This document shows positions 18,961 to 28,713 of a DNA stretch of 64,000 nucleotides, in pieces. The position numbers were made by a program, and so were the translations under genes. Below the pieces are notes generated by a model, which did not search any database, was not told where the DNA came from, and saw only the letters and a list, made by a program, of their open reading frames with translations. Source of the DNA: Acidobacteriota bacterium (GTDB taxonomy: Bacteria > Acidobacteriota > UBA6911 > RPQK01 > JADFOI01). Location: contig OY760074.1 of the NCBI GenBank assembly GCA_963663035.1, positions 2,016,001 to 2,080,000 of the forward strand. Reading direction: 5' to 3'. The stretch's first letter is position 1. The number at the start of each line of letters is the position of its first letter.

Positions 18961-20913
18961 TCAGTGAAGCGTCTCCGCAAGGGCAGGAAGTTGGTCAGCT
19001 CCGGTGGGGACGGTAATTGATGAATCCTTGAACTCATCGCCAATGGGCTCGGATCGCCCTCCCAGGTGCCGGGCCAAAAAGGCCTCGGTAACTGCGTTAA
19101 AGGAAAGCGAGTTCTCCGGGCGAGCGAAGCCATGCCCTTCATCTGGGTACAACAAATAGGTTACCGGGATGCCCTTCTCCTGCATTGCCTTAACGATCTG
19201 ATCCGACTCGGCCTGCTTGACGCGGGGGTCGTTGGCACCCTGAGCTATCAGGAGTGGTCTGGTTATCCGGTCGACATAGGTGAGGGGCGAGCGCTCCTTG
19301 AGAAAGGCTCGGCCCTCCTCAGTCCTGTGGTCACCGACACGGGTCGCCCACAGCTGTTCAAAGGGTTTCCAATAAGGTGGCATCGACTCAAAGCACGTCA
19401 CCAGATTAGAAATACCCACAACGTCGACACCGCAACTGAAAGTTTCCGGGGTCAAGGTCAAACCCACCAGAACTGCATATCCACCATAGCTGCCGCCCAT
19501 AATGCCCACACGCTGGGGATCCGCTATCCCTTCGCCGACGGCCCACTCAACCGCATCCATTAAGTCATCGTGCATCTTGGCACCCCACTCCAGGTTACTG
19601 GCGTTGATGAAATCCTTCCCGAACCCGGTCGATCCCCGAAAATTGACACTGAGGACCGCATAGCCTCGGTTTGCGAGCAGTTGGTGGAATGGGTGATAGC
19701 CCCACTGGTCGCGGCCCCATGGACCACCGTGGACCAGCAGCACCATCGGTAGAGGATCCTCTGGGCGTGTCCTGCCCTGACCGGTGCTCCACACCGGTAG
19801 TGTGAAATAACTCACCAGTTTTAATCCGTCCCGCGATTGAATAACCACCGGATGCATCTTCGCCAGAGGTGCCCCTTCAAGTTCCTGTCGGCTGGTAAAG
19901 AGGAACCTCACCTTTCTCTCATTGCGACTGTAGAGGTAGTAGTGGACTGGGCCGTTGTCCAATAAATAGGAGACTATCCAGTGTCGGTCGTCAAGCGTTC
20001 GGCTGACGACTTCGATGTCGCCCTCAGCGGCGGCGCTTAGATAGTCCAGGTCCTGGGCAATGGAATCATCCAGAACCTGCCATTCTCTGCGCTCATAGTT
20101 AAAAGCAACAGCCTGAATGTTCTTTTCCGTGGGGTGGATTATCACTTGGGCGGCATCCGCTCGCGGGTCCTCGGCCAAGGTGGTCTCATCACCATTCTCA
20201 AGGTTCAACGCAGTCAGTGCAGCGGTATTGCGGCCGCGGCTATCGCGCATGTAGCGGATTTCACCCTCCCTGTCGAAACCGACGTGGGAGGTGGTAAGGA
20301 TATCTTCCGTTTCTATCTTCCTGAAGAGATCCCATCCTCCTTGGGCCGTACGGCTGAGAACTTGAACCCCGCCGTCAGACTCCATGCGCTCAGCAAATCG
20401 GACCTTGTAGTTGTCGTCCGTGAAGAGATTGATAAATCCCTCATTCTCTTGAATGAGAGTCCTCTTGCCGGAATCGATGTTGACACGGTAAAGATCGTGA
20501 AACTCAGGATTCCGGTCGTTCAGTCCCAGGATAAGCTCGTTTGGGAATTTATGGCTGGTCTCCTGGATGAGGGCTTGCACACCCTCGAAAGGAGTCAGGT
20601 CCTTGGTCTGGCCGGTCGCCAGGTCAACGCTGTATATATGCCAATTTTCGTCGCCCCCTTTGTCCTGGGCGTACACGATGTGCTTGTTCGTATAGGCCCA
20701 GCTGTAAGTGCGGATTCCTCTCTTAGTATCGTTGGTGACCGGCTCGGCCGCCGCCGGGTCGTCGCTTGGTGCCACCCAGACATTGAGCACGGCATTGACA
20801 GGTGCAAGAAAGCTTATCCTGGTCCCGTCGGGGCTAAGCCTTGCCATGGTCCTGTCAGGATTACCAAAGAGGGCTCTACGCGGTATCAGTGGTGTCGTCT
20901 CTTGTTTTGTCAC
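18961..20913 (-). CDS. S9-family prolyl oligopeptidase / dipeptidyl aminopeptidase
   Basis: VHGGPW, GGSYGG, QGANDPRV and DEGHG catalytic triad motifs. Confidence 0.93.
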   Translation of the reverse strand: MTKQETTPLIPRRALFGNPDRTMARLSPDGTRISFLAPVNAVLNVWVAPSDDPAAAEPVTNDTKRGIRTYSWAYTNKHIVYAQDKGGDENWHIYSVDLATGQTKDLTPFEGVQALIQETSHKFPNELILGLNDRNPEFHDLYRVNIDSGKRTLIQENEGFINLFTDDNYKVRFAERMESDGGVQVLSRTAQGGWDLFRKIETEDILTTSHVGFDREGEIRYMRDSRGRNTAALTALNLENGDETTLAEDPRADAAQVIIHPTEKNIQAVAFNYERREWQVLDDSIAQDLDYLSAAAEGDIEVVSRTLDDRHWIVSYLLDNGPVHYYLYSRNERKVRFLFTSRQELEGAPLAKMHPVVIQSRDGLKLVSYFTLPVWSTGQGRTRPEDPLPMVLLVHGGPWGRDQWGYHPFHQLLANRGYAVLSVNFRGSTGFGKDFINASNLEWGAKMHDDLMDAVEWAVGEGIADPQRVGIMGGSYGGYAVLVGLTLTPETFSCGVDVVGISNLVTCFESMPPYWKPFEQLWATRVGDHRTEEGRAFLKERSPLTYVDRITRPLLIAQGANDPRVKQAESDQIVKAMQEKGIPVTYLLYPDEGHGFARPENSLSFNAVTEAFLARHLGGRSEPIGDEFKDSSITVPTGADQLPALAETLH

Positions 20914-21467
20914 CGTTCATCTTCGCGAAGTGCTTCTACATCGATGGTAATCAGGACATCTTTTCCCACCACAACGCCCCCTTTTTCCATTTCTCCGTTC
21001 CAAGTCATTCCAAAGTCGTTGCGATCAATTGTGGTCTTTCCCACAAACCCAGCGCGAGTCTTAGGCCCCTTGTCCTCTCCATCCACCCAGAATGGAGTCT
21101 CCCATTGTCCTAAGTAATTCACCTCCAGGGTCACCCTTTGGGAAACGCCGCGAATAATCAGGTCACCCGTGACTCGAAATTCATTCTTGCCAATGAGTTC
21201 GTTTGCGTTCCCCTTAAACGTGATCATGGGATGGTTTTCCACATCCAGAAAGTCCGAGCCGCGCAGGCTACTATCTCTATTGGTGTCTCCCGACCAAAGT
21301 TCTCCTGTATTAATGCTCACTTCGACGGAAGAACTGCCCGGATTTTCGGGATCAAATTCGATGGTGCCGTGGATATTCTTCAAGTGTCCACGCACCCAGG
21401 TCACCATCATGTGTCGCACACAGAACTCTGCTGCGGTGTGTCCAGGCTCAAAGGTCCATTTCGCCAT
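20910..21467 (-). CDS. YceI-family polyisoprenoid-binding protein
   Basis: HTAAEFCVRHMM..VRG, RD..LR..DFLD and TTIDRNDFG motifs; 4-bp overlap with the peptidase gene. Confidence 0.9.
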   Translation of the reverse strand: MAKWTFEPGHTAAEFCVRHMMVTWVRGHLKNIHGTIEFDPENPGSSSVEVSINTGELWSGDTNRDSSLRGSDFLDVENHPMITFKGNANELIGKNEFRVTGDLIIRGVSQRVTLEVNYLGQWETPFWVDGEDKGPKTRAGFVGKTTIDRNDFGMTWNGEMEKGGVVVGKDVLITIDVEALREDER

Positions 21468-21495
21468 GCAAACTCTCCTTTCTGAACTCTCCTAG

Positions 21496-21703
21496 CTCGC
21501 ATTATGCATAGGTTTTCGTAGCGAAGTGGCGCAAGCGCCGCAATGACAAGGCGTGTGAGGGGTACCCGCTAGCGGGTCGCGCCCCGCAGACGTACTCTTG
21601 CAGTACGTCGAGGAGCGCAAGGGGTACCCGCTTTGCGGGTCGCACAACGCCGTCAGCGCGGATGATTGCGACACTGTAGCAGAAAATTTATGCATAATGC
21701 GGG
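21496..21703 (+). mobile_element. MITE-like element, copy 1 (IS1380-like ends)
   Basis: IR CTCGCATTATGCATA / TATGCATAATGCGGG, flanked by CTAG and CAAG; homologous to 45584-45787 and 58742-58948. Confidence 0.82.
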
Positions 21704-21712
21704 CAAGGATAC

Positions 21713-22696
21713 TCAATCTTCAGCGCTCGAACTTTTGCGCTCGAATCGCCGGACGTTGAGAACTCCGTTCCAGGGGGCAATAGCGATGGAAACGTCTCCG
21801 AAGCATTTGGCCTGGCAGGCGAGACGAATGGGGGGATGAGTCTCCTGGTCGGAGCTGCCAAAGTCGTAGCCGAAGTACTTCAGGCGTCCCTGCTCGAAGT
21901 CACTGATGGGCGACAACTTCTCCTTCCCGCTAAGAACACCAATCCAGCAGGTTCCACAGTTCCCCACACGACACTGGAAGGGAACCGGTCCCTCACTACG
22001 CCGCGAATCGATCGATTGATAGTCTCTTTGATCTCTCCCAGCCGCCATGGAAATATCCTGCCCGTGGATGGCCTGGAAACGAGACGCTTTGTCATGTTCG
22101 TCAAAGATAACCCTGTATTTGGAGTCAACACTGTGCAAAAAGCGATAAATCCGGCCCCTCTTTCTGGAACGGGCTCTCAAGACCTTTTCGGGAGTGGCTA
22201 TTCTCTTACCGGTCTGGAGGGAAGTTGCGGCAAACACGGTTGGGCCGACCTGTCGTAGGGCCATCAAGGCCACGGCTGTCATTCCGATGAGATGAGACTC
22301 AGGAACCTGAAGAGAATCGGCCAGCTTTTTTGCCATGTCACGGATCTGATCGGCTAAGCTACCGTCACTGGATCTCCAGCTCTTCGCATGGGAGGAGACA
22401 GCCGCTTGAACCTCAAGCCAGTATCGAGAGCCAAAGAGAAAACCAAGGGAGGACTGGAGCTGATCCTCCAGCAGGTAGCGTCCCCTCATTTCCAGCCTCT
22501 GTGCAGTCTGGTCGAGGTTCTCAGACTCTCGGACGATCCGGTAGAGATGCAGAGGCCAAAAAGCAAACCAAATACGAGTGGCATCCCGGTCGACCGGGTG
22601 AATCAGCGGCAAAAGGAGATCCAGCGCCTCGCTCCAGGCCCTTTCATCGTGCTGAGCAAGAACTGACTCAAAGGTGTTTTGCTGAACAGTGTCCAT
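21713..22696 (-). CDS. Protein with C-terminal 2Fe-2S ferredoxin domain and uncharacterised N-domain
   Basis: CRVGNCGTC...RLACQ ferredoxin signature. Confidence 0.8.
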   Translation of the reverse strand: MDTVQQNTFESVLAQHDERAWSEALDLLLPLIHPVDRDATRIWFAFWPLHLYRIVRESENLDQTAQRLEMRGRYLLEDQLQSSLGFLFGSRYWLEVQAAVSSHAKSWRSSDGSLADQIRDMAKKLADSLQVPESHLIGMTAVALMALRQVGPTVFAATSLQTGKRIATPEKVLRARSRKRGRIYRFLHSVDSKYRVIFDEHDKASRFQAIHGQDISMAAGRDQRDYQSIDSRRSEGPVPFQCRVGNCGTCWIGVLSGKEKLSPISDFEQGRLKYFGYDFGSSDQETHPPIRLACQAKCFGDVSIAIAPWNGVLNVRRFERKSSSAED

Positions 22697-22880
22697 GATT
22701 CTTACCAGAGGTTCTACCGCCTGATCGTGCTCACCCCATCGAATCGATGAAAGAGGTCGCAGAGGGTCGACGGCCCGCTTAGGATAGCACGCAAATTCAA
22801 AGTTGGCTGGAAGGGACAGAAGTTGTCACTCATGAGGCCCATCGGGAAATTGAGAGAGGGGTGTTTTTTCCACTTCTCTA

Positions 22881-22910
22881 TTGACGGATGTTTTTTACGG
22901 GTGCTATATT
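22881..22910 (+). promoter_or_regulatory. Candidate sigma70 promoter for the amidohydrolase pair
   Basis: TTGACG-18 bp-TATATT with an extended -10 TG. Confidence 0.45.
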
Positions 22911-23067
22911 ACGGCCATTAGTAAGACCCGTAAGTTCAAGCAAGATGATCTGCGAAAAGTTGTATCCACGTCTGAGGTACATAGTGCACCCATGGACTGC
23001 GACACGTACGCCTCCAAGGCGGAAACGGACTAGTATGAATAAACTCAGTTTAAACAAGGAGGGAGCA

Positions 23068-25065
23068 ATGTTTAACCATCTGAAAGGTTTCTTTCTCACA
23101 TCATCGATCCTGCTGGGAGTGATTTTTCTCAGTTCGACTGCAATGGTGCAGTCACAGCAACTGCCGGAGCTGGTTGCCAGAAATGGCTATGCAGAAACCA
23201 TCTTCATCAACGGCAAGATCGTGAGCATGGATGATAAATCTATCTCATCCGAGCCCGGCACCATTTACGAGGCCCTGGCAGTCAAGCGTGACTCCATCAT
23301 GAAGCTGGGCACCAACGCAGAAATCAGGGCCCTGGCCGGAGACTTCACCACGGTCTATGATCTGGACGGCCGCCTCATGATTCCCGGCATCGTTGAGACT
23401 CACTCGCACATTTATGGTGGGGCGCTTCAATATCTGGATCGCTTCGGCATTAAATATCCTCCCAATGAGGTGACCATCACTCCACAGGCAACACCCGAGC
23501 TAGAGGAAACCCAGGGCATCCTGCGGGATGCCATCCAAGAGGCTGTGAAAGACATGGAACCGGGAACCTGGCTGAGTGTCAGGATAAGAGCCACCCCCGA
23601 ATTTCCTCTGCGACTGGACATGTGGGGGGACACGCGGCGTCTGACCGACCGGAGGACCCTGGATCAGTGGGCTCCCGACAACCCGATAGTCGTCAGACCC
23701 GGCAACCGGGGCTCGATTAACTCCGCGGCTCTCGATATTCTGAACGAGATGCTTCCCGGCTATTCAGACTCCATCCGCGACAGCATGCATATGGACGAAA
23801 TCGGAGAGGACCCGGCCGAGATCGGTTGGGTGGGTAGTCAGGAAATGTCCGTTATCGGCTGGGAGATCTACCTGGACGGCCTCGATCCCAATATCCTGGC
23901 CCAGGCGCTGAAGCTGCGATCAGAGGCTTTTGCTGCGCGCGGCGTGACCACTTTTTCCAGCCGCATCCAGTTCCCCAGGATCATGACCGGTTACGCCCGG
24001 CTAGCCGAAATAGGACAGATGCCGATTCGTTTCAGTGCTCACTACGAGGTCCATCGGATGCCCACCGATCCTATACAGACCCGTCAGCTCTACCGCAGGA
24101 CGGGAGTGCTCCAAGGCATCGGAAACGATTATTTCTGGTTCGACGGGGTCGCATCCGAGCGCTGGGATTCGCACATTCCGGAAGCCTGTCTGGGTGACGA
24201 CGTTGCGGCGCCATCGAGCATCAGTGACCGGGAGACCTGTCCGAAGTCCGGCGACCTGCACTGGGACACTCTGAAGAACGCTGTAAAGACCGGTTGGCGT
24301 CTGAAGGGCATACATTCGGTCGGGAGCGACAGCATGCGGCGGTTCATACAGATGATCGACGAGGCTCGAGAAGAGGCCGGACTGACCGTGGAGCAGATCT
24401 ACAATGAGCACTATGCCGTTGAGCACTGTGACCAGATCGGGAAACTCCCGGAAATCATAGACATGATAAAAAAATACGGCATCATCATCAGCTGTGGTCC
24501 CAATTTAATGGGGACTTTTGAGGCCTTGATCAGGGATTATGGTCCCTACAATGAACCCGAGCACCTCAGGAAGTTCATGATGCCTTTCAAGACGTGGATT
24601 GAGTCGGGTGTCCTGGTAGTGGGCCAGCACTTCGGCGGAAATCCCTCTCCTTTCTACAACCCCTGGCTGGCGGTCAGTCGAACTGTCCGAGATACCATCT
24701 GGGCTCCTGAGGAGAGTATCGACCGCGTTCGGTCTCTGAAGCTGTGGACGAGCTGGGCTTCCCGCTATGTCATGAAAGAAGACAAGCTGGGAACGTTAGA
24801 GGACGGCAAGTGGGCGGATCTACTCATTCTGGACCGCGATTACTTCACCATTCCTCTGAACGATATCCTCAGACTCCAGCCTCTGATGACCATGGTGGGA
24901 GGCCAAGTCATTTCCCTTCATGACAGTCTGGCCGCAGCGTGGAATACACCGCCGGTGGGCGAGCAGTTCAACGTCGACCAGAGCGCGATTGACGAACTCC
25001 TGGAGAGGACAGAGAAAGCTACGCCATGGACAGGCGGGCCTATCGGACCCGGAGCCGGCAACTAA
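23068..25065 (+). CDS. Secreted amidohydrolase (Amidohydro_3/YtcJ-like), tandem copy A
   Basis: Signal peptide; INGKIVSMD, DLDGRLMIPG..ETHSH, IHSVG, VEHC and GTLEDGKWADLLILDRD motifs; AGGAGG RBS. Confidence 0.85.
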   Translation: MFNHLKGFFLTSSILLGVIFLSSTAMVQSQQLPELVARNGYAETIFINGKIVSMDDKSISSEPGTIYEALAVKRDSIMKLGTNAEIRALAGDFTTVYDLDGRLMIPGIVETHSHIYGGALQYLDRFGIKYPPNEVTITPQATPELEETQGILRDAIQEAVKDMEPGTWLSVRIRATPEFPLRLDMWGDTRRLTDRRTLDQWAPDNPIVVRPGNRGSINSAALDILNEMLPGYSDSIRDSMHMDEIGEDPAEIGWVGSQEMSVIGWEIYLDGLDPNILAQALKLRSEAFAARGVTTFSSRIQFPRIMTGYARLAEIGQMPIRFSAHYEVHRMPTDPIQTRQLYRRTGVLQGIGNDYFWFDGVASERWDSHIPEACLGDDVAAPSSISDRETCPKSGDLHWDTLKNAVKTGWRLKGIHSVGSDSMRRFIQMIDEAREEAGLTVEQIYNEHYAVEHCDQIGKLPEIIDMIKKYGIIISCGPNLMGTFEALIRDYGPYNEPEHLRKFMMPFKTWIESGVLVVGQHFGGNPSPFYNPWLAVSRTVRDTIWAPEESIDRVRSLKLWTSWASRYVMKEDKLGTLEDGKWADLLILDRDYFTIPLNDILRLQPLMTMVGGQVISLHDSLAAAWNTPPVGEQFNVDQSAIDELLERTEKATPWTGGPIGPGAGN

Positions 25066-25094
25066 GCTCGTTCTGGAAATGTGCTAGGACGGAC

Positions 25095-25132
25095 GGTCCC
25101 CCTTGTTTAGGACTTCCCAAACAAGGGGGACC
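25095..25132 (+). terminator. Stem-loop after amidohydrolase A
   Basis: GGTCCCCCTTGTTT...AAACAAGGGGGACC 14-bp stem; no clear U tract. Confidence 0.5.
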
Positions 25133-25198
25133 CCAACTGACCTCTTCACTTCACCTCTAATGCTGACCCATCTAATGCTGACCCCAAAGGAGGGAGCA

Positions 25199-27196
25199 AT
25201 GTTTGACTATCTGAAAGGTTTCTTTCTCACATCATCGATCCTGCTGGGAGTGATTTTTCTCAGTTCGACTGCAATGGTGCAGTCACAGCAACTGCCGGAG
25301 CTGGTTGCCAGAAATGGCTATGCAGAAACCATCTTCATCAACGGCAAGATCGTGAGCATGGATGATAAATCTATCTCATCCGAGCCCGGCACCATTTACG
25401 AGGCCCTGGCGGTCAAGCGGGACTCCATCATGAAACTGGGCACCAACGCAGAAATCAGGGCCCTGGCCGGAGACTTCACCACCGTCTATGATCTGGACGG
25501 CCGCCTCATGATTCCCGGCATTATTGAACCTCACTCGCACATTTATGGTGGGGCGCTTCAATATCTGGATCGCTTCGGCATTAAGTATCCTCCCAATGAG
25601 GTGACCATCACTCCACAGGCAACTCCGGAGCTAGAGGAAACCCAGGGCGTCCTGCGGGATGCCATCAAAGAGGCTGTGGCAAACATGAGCCCGGGAACGT
25701 GGTTGAGGGTCAACATGAGAGCCACCCCCGAATTTCCTCTGCGGTTGGACATGTGGGGGGACACGCGGCGTCTGACCGACCGGAGAACCCTGGATCAGTG
25801 GGCTCCCGACAACCCGATAGTCGTAAGACCCGGCAACCGGGGCTCTATTAATTCCGCGGCTCTCGAAATCCTGAACGATTTCCTTCCCGGCTATTCAGAC
25901 TCCATCCGCGACAGCATGCATATGGACGAAATCGGAGAGGATCCGGCCGAGATCGGTTGGGTGGGTAGTCAGGAAATGTCCGTTATCGGCTGGGAGATCT
26001 ACCTGGATGGCCTCGATCCCAATATCCTGGCCCAGGCGCTGAAGCTGCGATCAGAGGCTTTTGCTGCGCGCGGCGTGACCACTTTTTCCAGCCGCATCCA
26101 GTTCCCCAGGATCATGACCGGTTACGCCCGGCTAGCCGAAATAGGACAGATGCCGATTCGTTTCAGTGCTCACTACGAGGTCCATCGGATGCCCACCGAT
26201 CCTATACAGACCCGTCAGCTCTACCGCAGGACGGGAGTGCTCCAAGGCATCGGAAACGATTATTTCTGGTTCGACGGGGTCGCATCCGAGCGCTGGGATT
26301 CGCACATTCCGGAAGCCTGTCTGGGTGACGACGTTGTGGCGCCGTCGAGCATCAGTGACCGGGAGACCTGTCCGAAGTCCGGCGACCTGCACTGGGACAC
26401 ACTGAAGAACGCTATAAAAACCGGTTGGCGCCTCAAGGGTGTCCATTCGGTCGGGAGCGACAGCATGCGGCGTTTCATTCAGATGATCGACGAGGCTCGA
26501 GAAGAAGCCGGGCTGACCGTGGAGCAGATCTACAATGAGCATTATGCCGTTGAGCACTGTGACCAGATCGGGAAACTCCCGGAAATCATGGACATGATAA
26601 AAAAATACGGCATCATCATCAGCTGTGGTCCCGGTTTAATGGGGACTTTTGAGGCCTTGATCAGGGACTATGGTCCCTACAATGATCCCGAGCACCTCAG
26701 GAAGTTCATGATGCCTTTCAAGACGTGGATTGAGTCAGGTATCCAGGTGGTGGGCCAGAGCTTCGGGGGAAATCCCTCTCCTTTCTACCAACCCTGGCTG
26801 GCGGTCAGTAGAACTGTCCGAGATACCATCTGGGCTCCTGAGGAGAGTATCGACCGCGTTCGGGCTCTGAAGCTGTGGACGAGCTGGGCTTCCCGCTATG
26901 TCATGAAGGAAGACAAGCTCGGAACCTTAGAGGACGGCAAGTGGGCGGATCTGCTCATTCTGGACCGCGATTACTTCACCATTCCTCTAAACGATATCCT
27001 CAGACTCCAGCCCCTGATGACCATGGTGGGAGGCAGGGTCATTTCCCTCCACGACAGTCTGGCCGCAGCGTGGAATACACCGCCGGTGGGCGAGCAGTTC
27101 AACGTTGACCACAGCGCGATTGACGAACTTCTGGAGAGGACCGAGAAAGCTACGCCATGGACAGGCGGGCCTATCGGACCCGGAGCCGGCAACTAA
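25199..27196 (+). CDS. Secreted amidohydrolase (Amidohydro_3/YtcJ-like), tandem copy B
   Basis: Near-identical paralogue of 23068-25065 with the same RBS and length. Confidence 0.85.
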   Translation: MFDYLKGFFLTSSILLGVIFLSSTAMVQSQQLPELVARNGYAETIFINGKIVSMDDKSISSEPGTIYEALAVKRDSIMKLGTNAEIRALAGDFTTVYDLDGRLMIPGIIEPHSHIYGGALQYLDRFGIKYPPNEVTITPQATPELEETQGVLRDAIKEAVANMSPGTWLRVNMRATPEFPLRLDMWGDTRRLTDRRTLDQWAPDNPIVVRPGNRGSINSAALEILNDFLPGYSDSIRDSMHMDEIGEDPAEIGWVGSQEMSVIGWEIYLDGLDPNILAQALKLRSEAFAARGVTTFSSRIQFPRIMTGYARLAEIGQMPIRFSAHYEVHRMPTDPIQTRQLYRRTGVLQGIGNDYFWFDGVASERWDSHIPEACLGDDVVAPSSISDRETCPKSGDLHWDTLKNAIKTGWRLKGVHSVGSDSMRRFIQMIDEAREEAGLTVEQIYNEHYAVEHCDQIGKLPEIMDMIKKYGIIISCGPGLMGTFEALIRDYGPYNDPEHLRKFMMPFKTWIESGIQVVGQSFGGNPSPFYQPWLAVSRTVRDTIWAPEESIDRVRALKLWTSWASRYVMKEDKLGTLEDGKWADLLILDRDYFTIPLNDILRLQPLMTMVGGRVISLHDSLAAAWNTPPVGEQFNVDHSAIDELLERTEKATPWTGGPIGPGAGN

Positions 27197-27226
27197 GCTC
27201 GTTCTGGAAATGTGCTAGGACGGCTA

Positions 27227-27263
27227 GTCCCCCTTGTTTTGGGAAACCAAAAACAAGGGGGAC
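27227..27263. terminator. Stem-loop after amidohydrolase B, between convergent genes
   Basis: GTCCCCCTTGTTTT...AAAACAAGGGGGAC. Confidence 0.5.
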
Positions 27264-27282
27264 CCCACATCAGAAGGCAAGA

Positions 27283-27981
27283 TCAACTGGTTTGAGCCGC
27301 CTCCCCATCACTGGCCTTGGATCCCAGCAAAGCAGCGGCAATTCCACCAAACAGGGTCCCGAACAGCATGGTAAACATGACCCAGAAGGTCATTTGGGGT
27401 AGCACAGCAATCACGATAAACTTGACCAGGAAACCCATCTCTGGGTAGCCGGGAGGGCCCAGCTCGTAGTGGGTTCCCCAGTTGCCCAGCATCGCAATAA
27501 ACATCACAAGCAGCACCGGAATACGGGACGCGTAAGCGTAGCTGAGCATGGTTCGAAAAAACACCGGCCACGCCTTGCGTAGGATCAAGACAGCAACCAG
27601 GGAGGCAACTGCTATTCCTAGCTGTTGACCGATTGCTGCGCCGAAGCTGACACTCACATTGGGATCTCCCGTGAGAAGAAACACCGGTAAGACAATCGCT
27701 ACTGCTGCTAGCAGGCCCAGCCCGGCAGATTTGATGACTTTGCCGGCGCTCTCGGGCCCAAGACCTCCTCGGACCAGCTTCACAGCAAAGTAAACCCCAA
27801 AGATGGGAACCAGCCACACAATGCCGACCAGCGCCCCTCCCCCACCGGCATCGCGGCTGAAGAGAGCCGCCGGTCCGCTTCCTAGCTCACCCACCAAGCG
27901 AACAATCGTGATGGCCAGCGCGATCAATGCCGGAACCATGATCAGCTTTTTAACGTCAAGACCTGAACTGGAAAGTTCCAT
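27283..27981 (-). CDS. Hypothetical integral membrane protein
   Basis: About 6 hydrophobic segments, WGTHY motif, GGAGG RBS. Confidence 0.75.
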   Translation of the reverse strand: MELSSSGLDVKKLIMVPALIALAITIVRLVGELGSGPAALFSRDAGGGGALVGIVWLVPIFGVYFAVKLVRGGLGPESAGKVIKSAGLGLLAAVAIVLPVFLLTGDPNVSVSFGAAIGQQLGIAVASLVAVLILRKAWPVFFRTMLSYAYASRIPVLLVMFIAMLGNWGTHYELGPPGYPEMGFLVKFIVIAVLPQMTFWVMFTMLFGTLFGGIAAALLGSKASDGEAAQTS

Positions 27982-28151
27982 GGACGACCTCCTTTCAAAG
28001 GATCATTGTTCTGAATGATAAGCAGAACGGGGTTTCAAGGCAATCCTCGGTTGATTCATGGGACAGAGAAAGACTCAGGAGGTCGGAGTGTGATGGCCGT
28101 CACTGCCTTGCTGGTGTGATATCGCTAAAGTAGTCATCAGGAAATTGAACA

Positions 28152-28481
28152 ATGAATCTAGGAAGGAAGTGGAATGTGAAAAATTATCTGAGAGCTGGTT
28201 TATCCCGCACCCTGTTCAGCGCCGGTCTACTGCTGGTCCTGAGCAGCAGCATGGGCTGTTCGTCGAAGATCGTTCGTACAATGACATTTCAAAACGATGA
28301 TACTGTTCAGGTACAGGGCTCAACGGTCAATGTTCGACAATCTGCCACCACCAGTTCACGGGTCATCTCCACTGTGAAACGGGGTGACAAGTTAGAAGTA
28401 ATCGAGAAAACTGGGTCCTGGTATCAGATCAAGACTGCGTCAGGCAGAACCGGCTGGGTGCACGCTAGCTTGGTGAAGTGA
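28152..28481 (+). CDS. SH3b-domain lipoprotein
   Basis: SMGC lipobox; VNVRQ...WYQI...GRTGWVHASLV. Confidence 0.85.
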   Translation: MNLGRKWNVKNYLRAGLSRTLFSAGLLLVLSSSMGCSSKIVRTMTFQNDDTVQVQGSTVNVRQSATTSSRVISTVKRGDKLEVIEKTGSWYQIKTASGRTGWVHASLVK

Positions 28482-28514
28482 ATTCCATCCTGATCAGAGA
28501 CTGTCTCAAAACTT

Positions 28515-28589
28515 GTAGTGGCCGTTCTGAGAACGGCTCCGATACCTCTGCAAGGCCGTAATTTTGGCCGCTCATAGAGCGGCCGCTAC
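28515..28589. repeat. Inverted pair of GTAG-type REP-like palindromes (REPIN-like)
   Basis: GTAGTGGCCGTTCTGAGAACGGC ... GCCGCTCATAGAGCGGCCGCTAC. Confidence 0.55.
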
Positions 28590-28713
28590 CCTACCCCGAA
28601 AAAGCTGACCGATCCCCCCGAACATCTTTGACGCCAGACCAATCTGGTGTAGACTCACCCCAAAAGTCTGACTCAAGCTCAGAGCCGGTAAAAAGACTAA
28701 GTTGGGAACCGCC

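Noticed and set aside
21492-21716. Small ORFs overlapping the MITE copies (also 45552-45819 and 58632-58901)
   Set aside because: Frames and starts are not conserved between copies, which fits a non-coding element.
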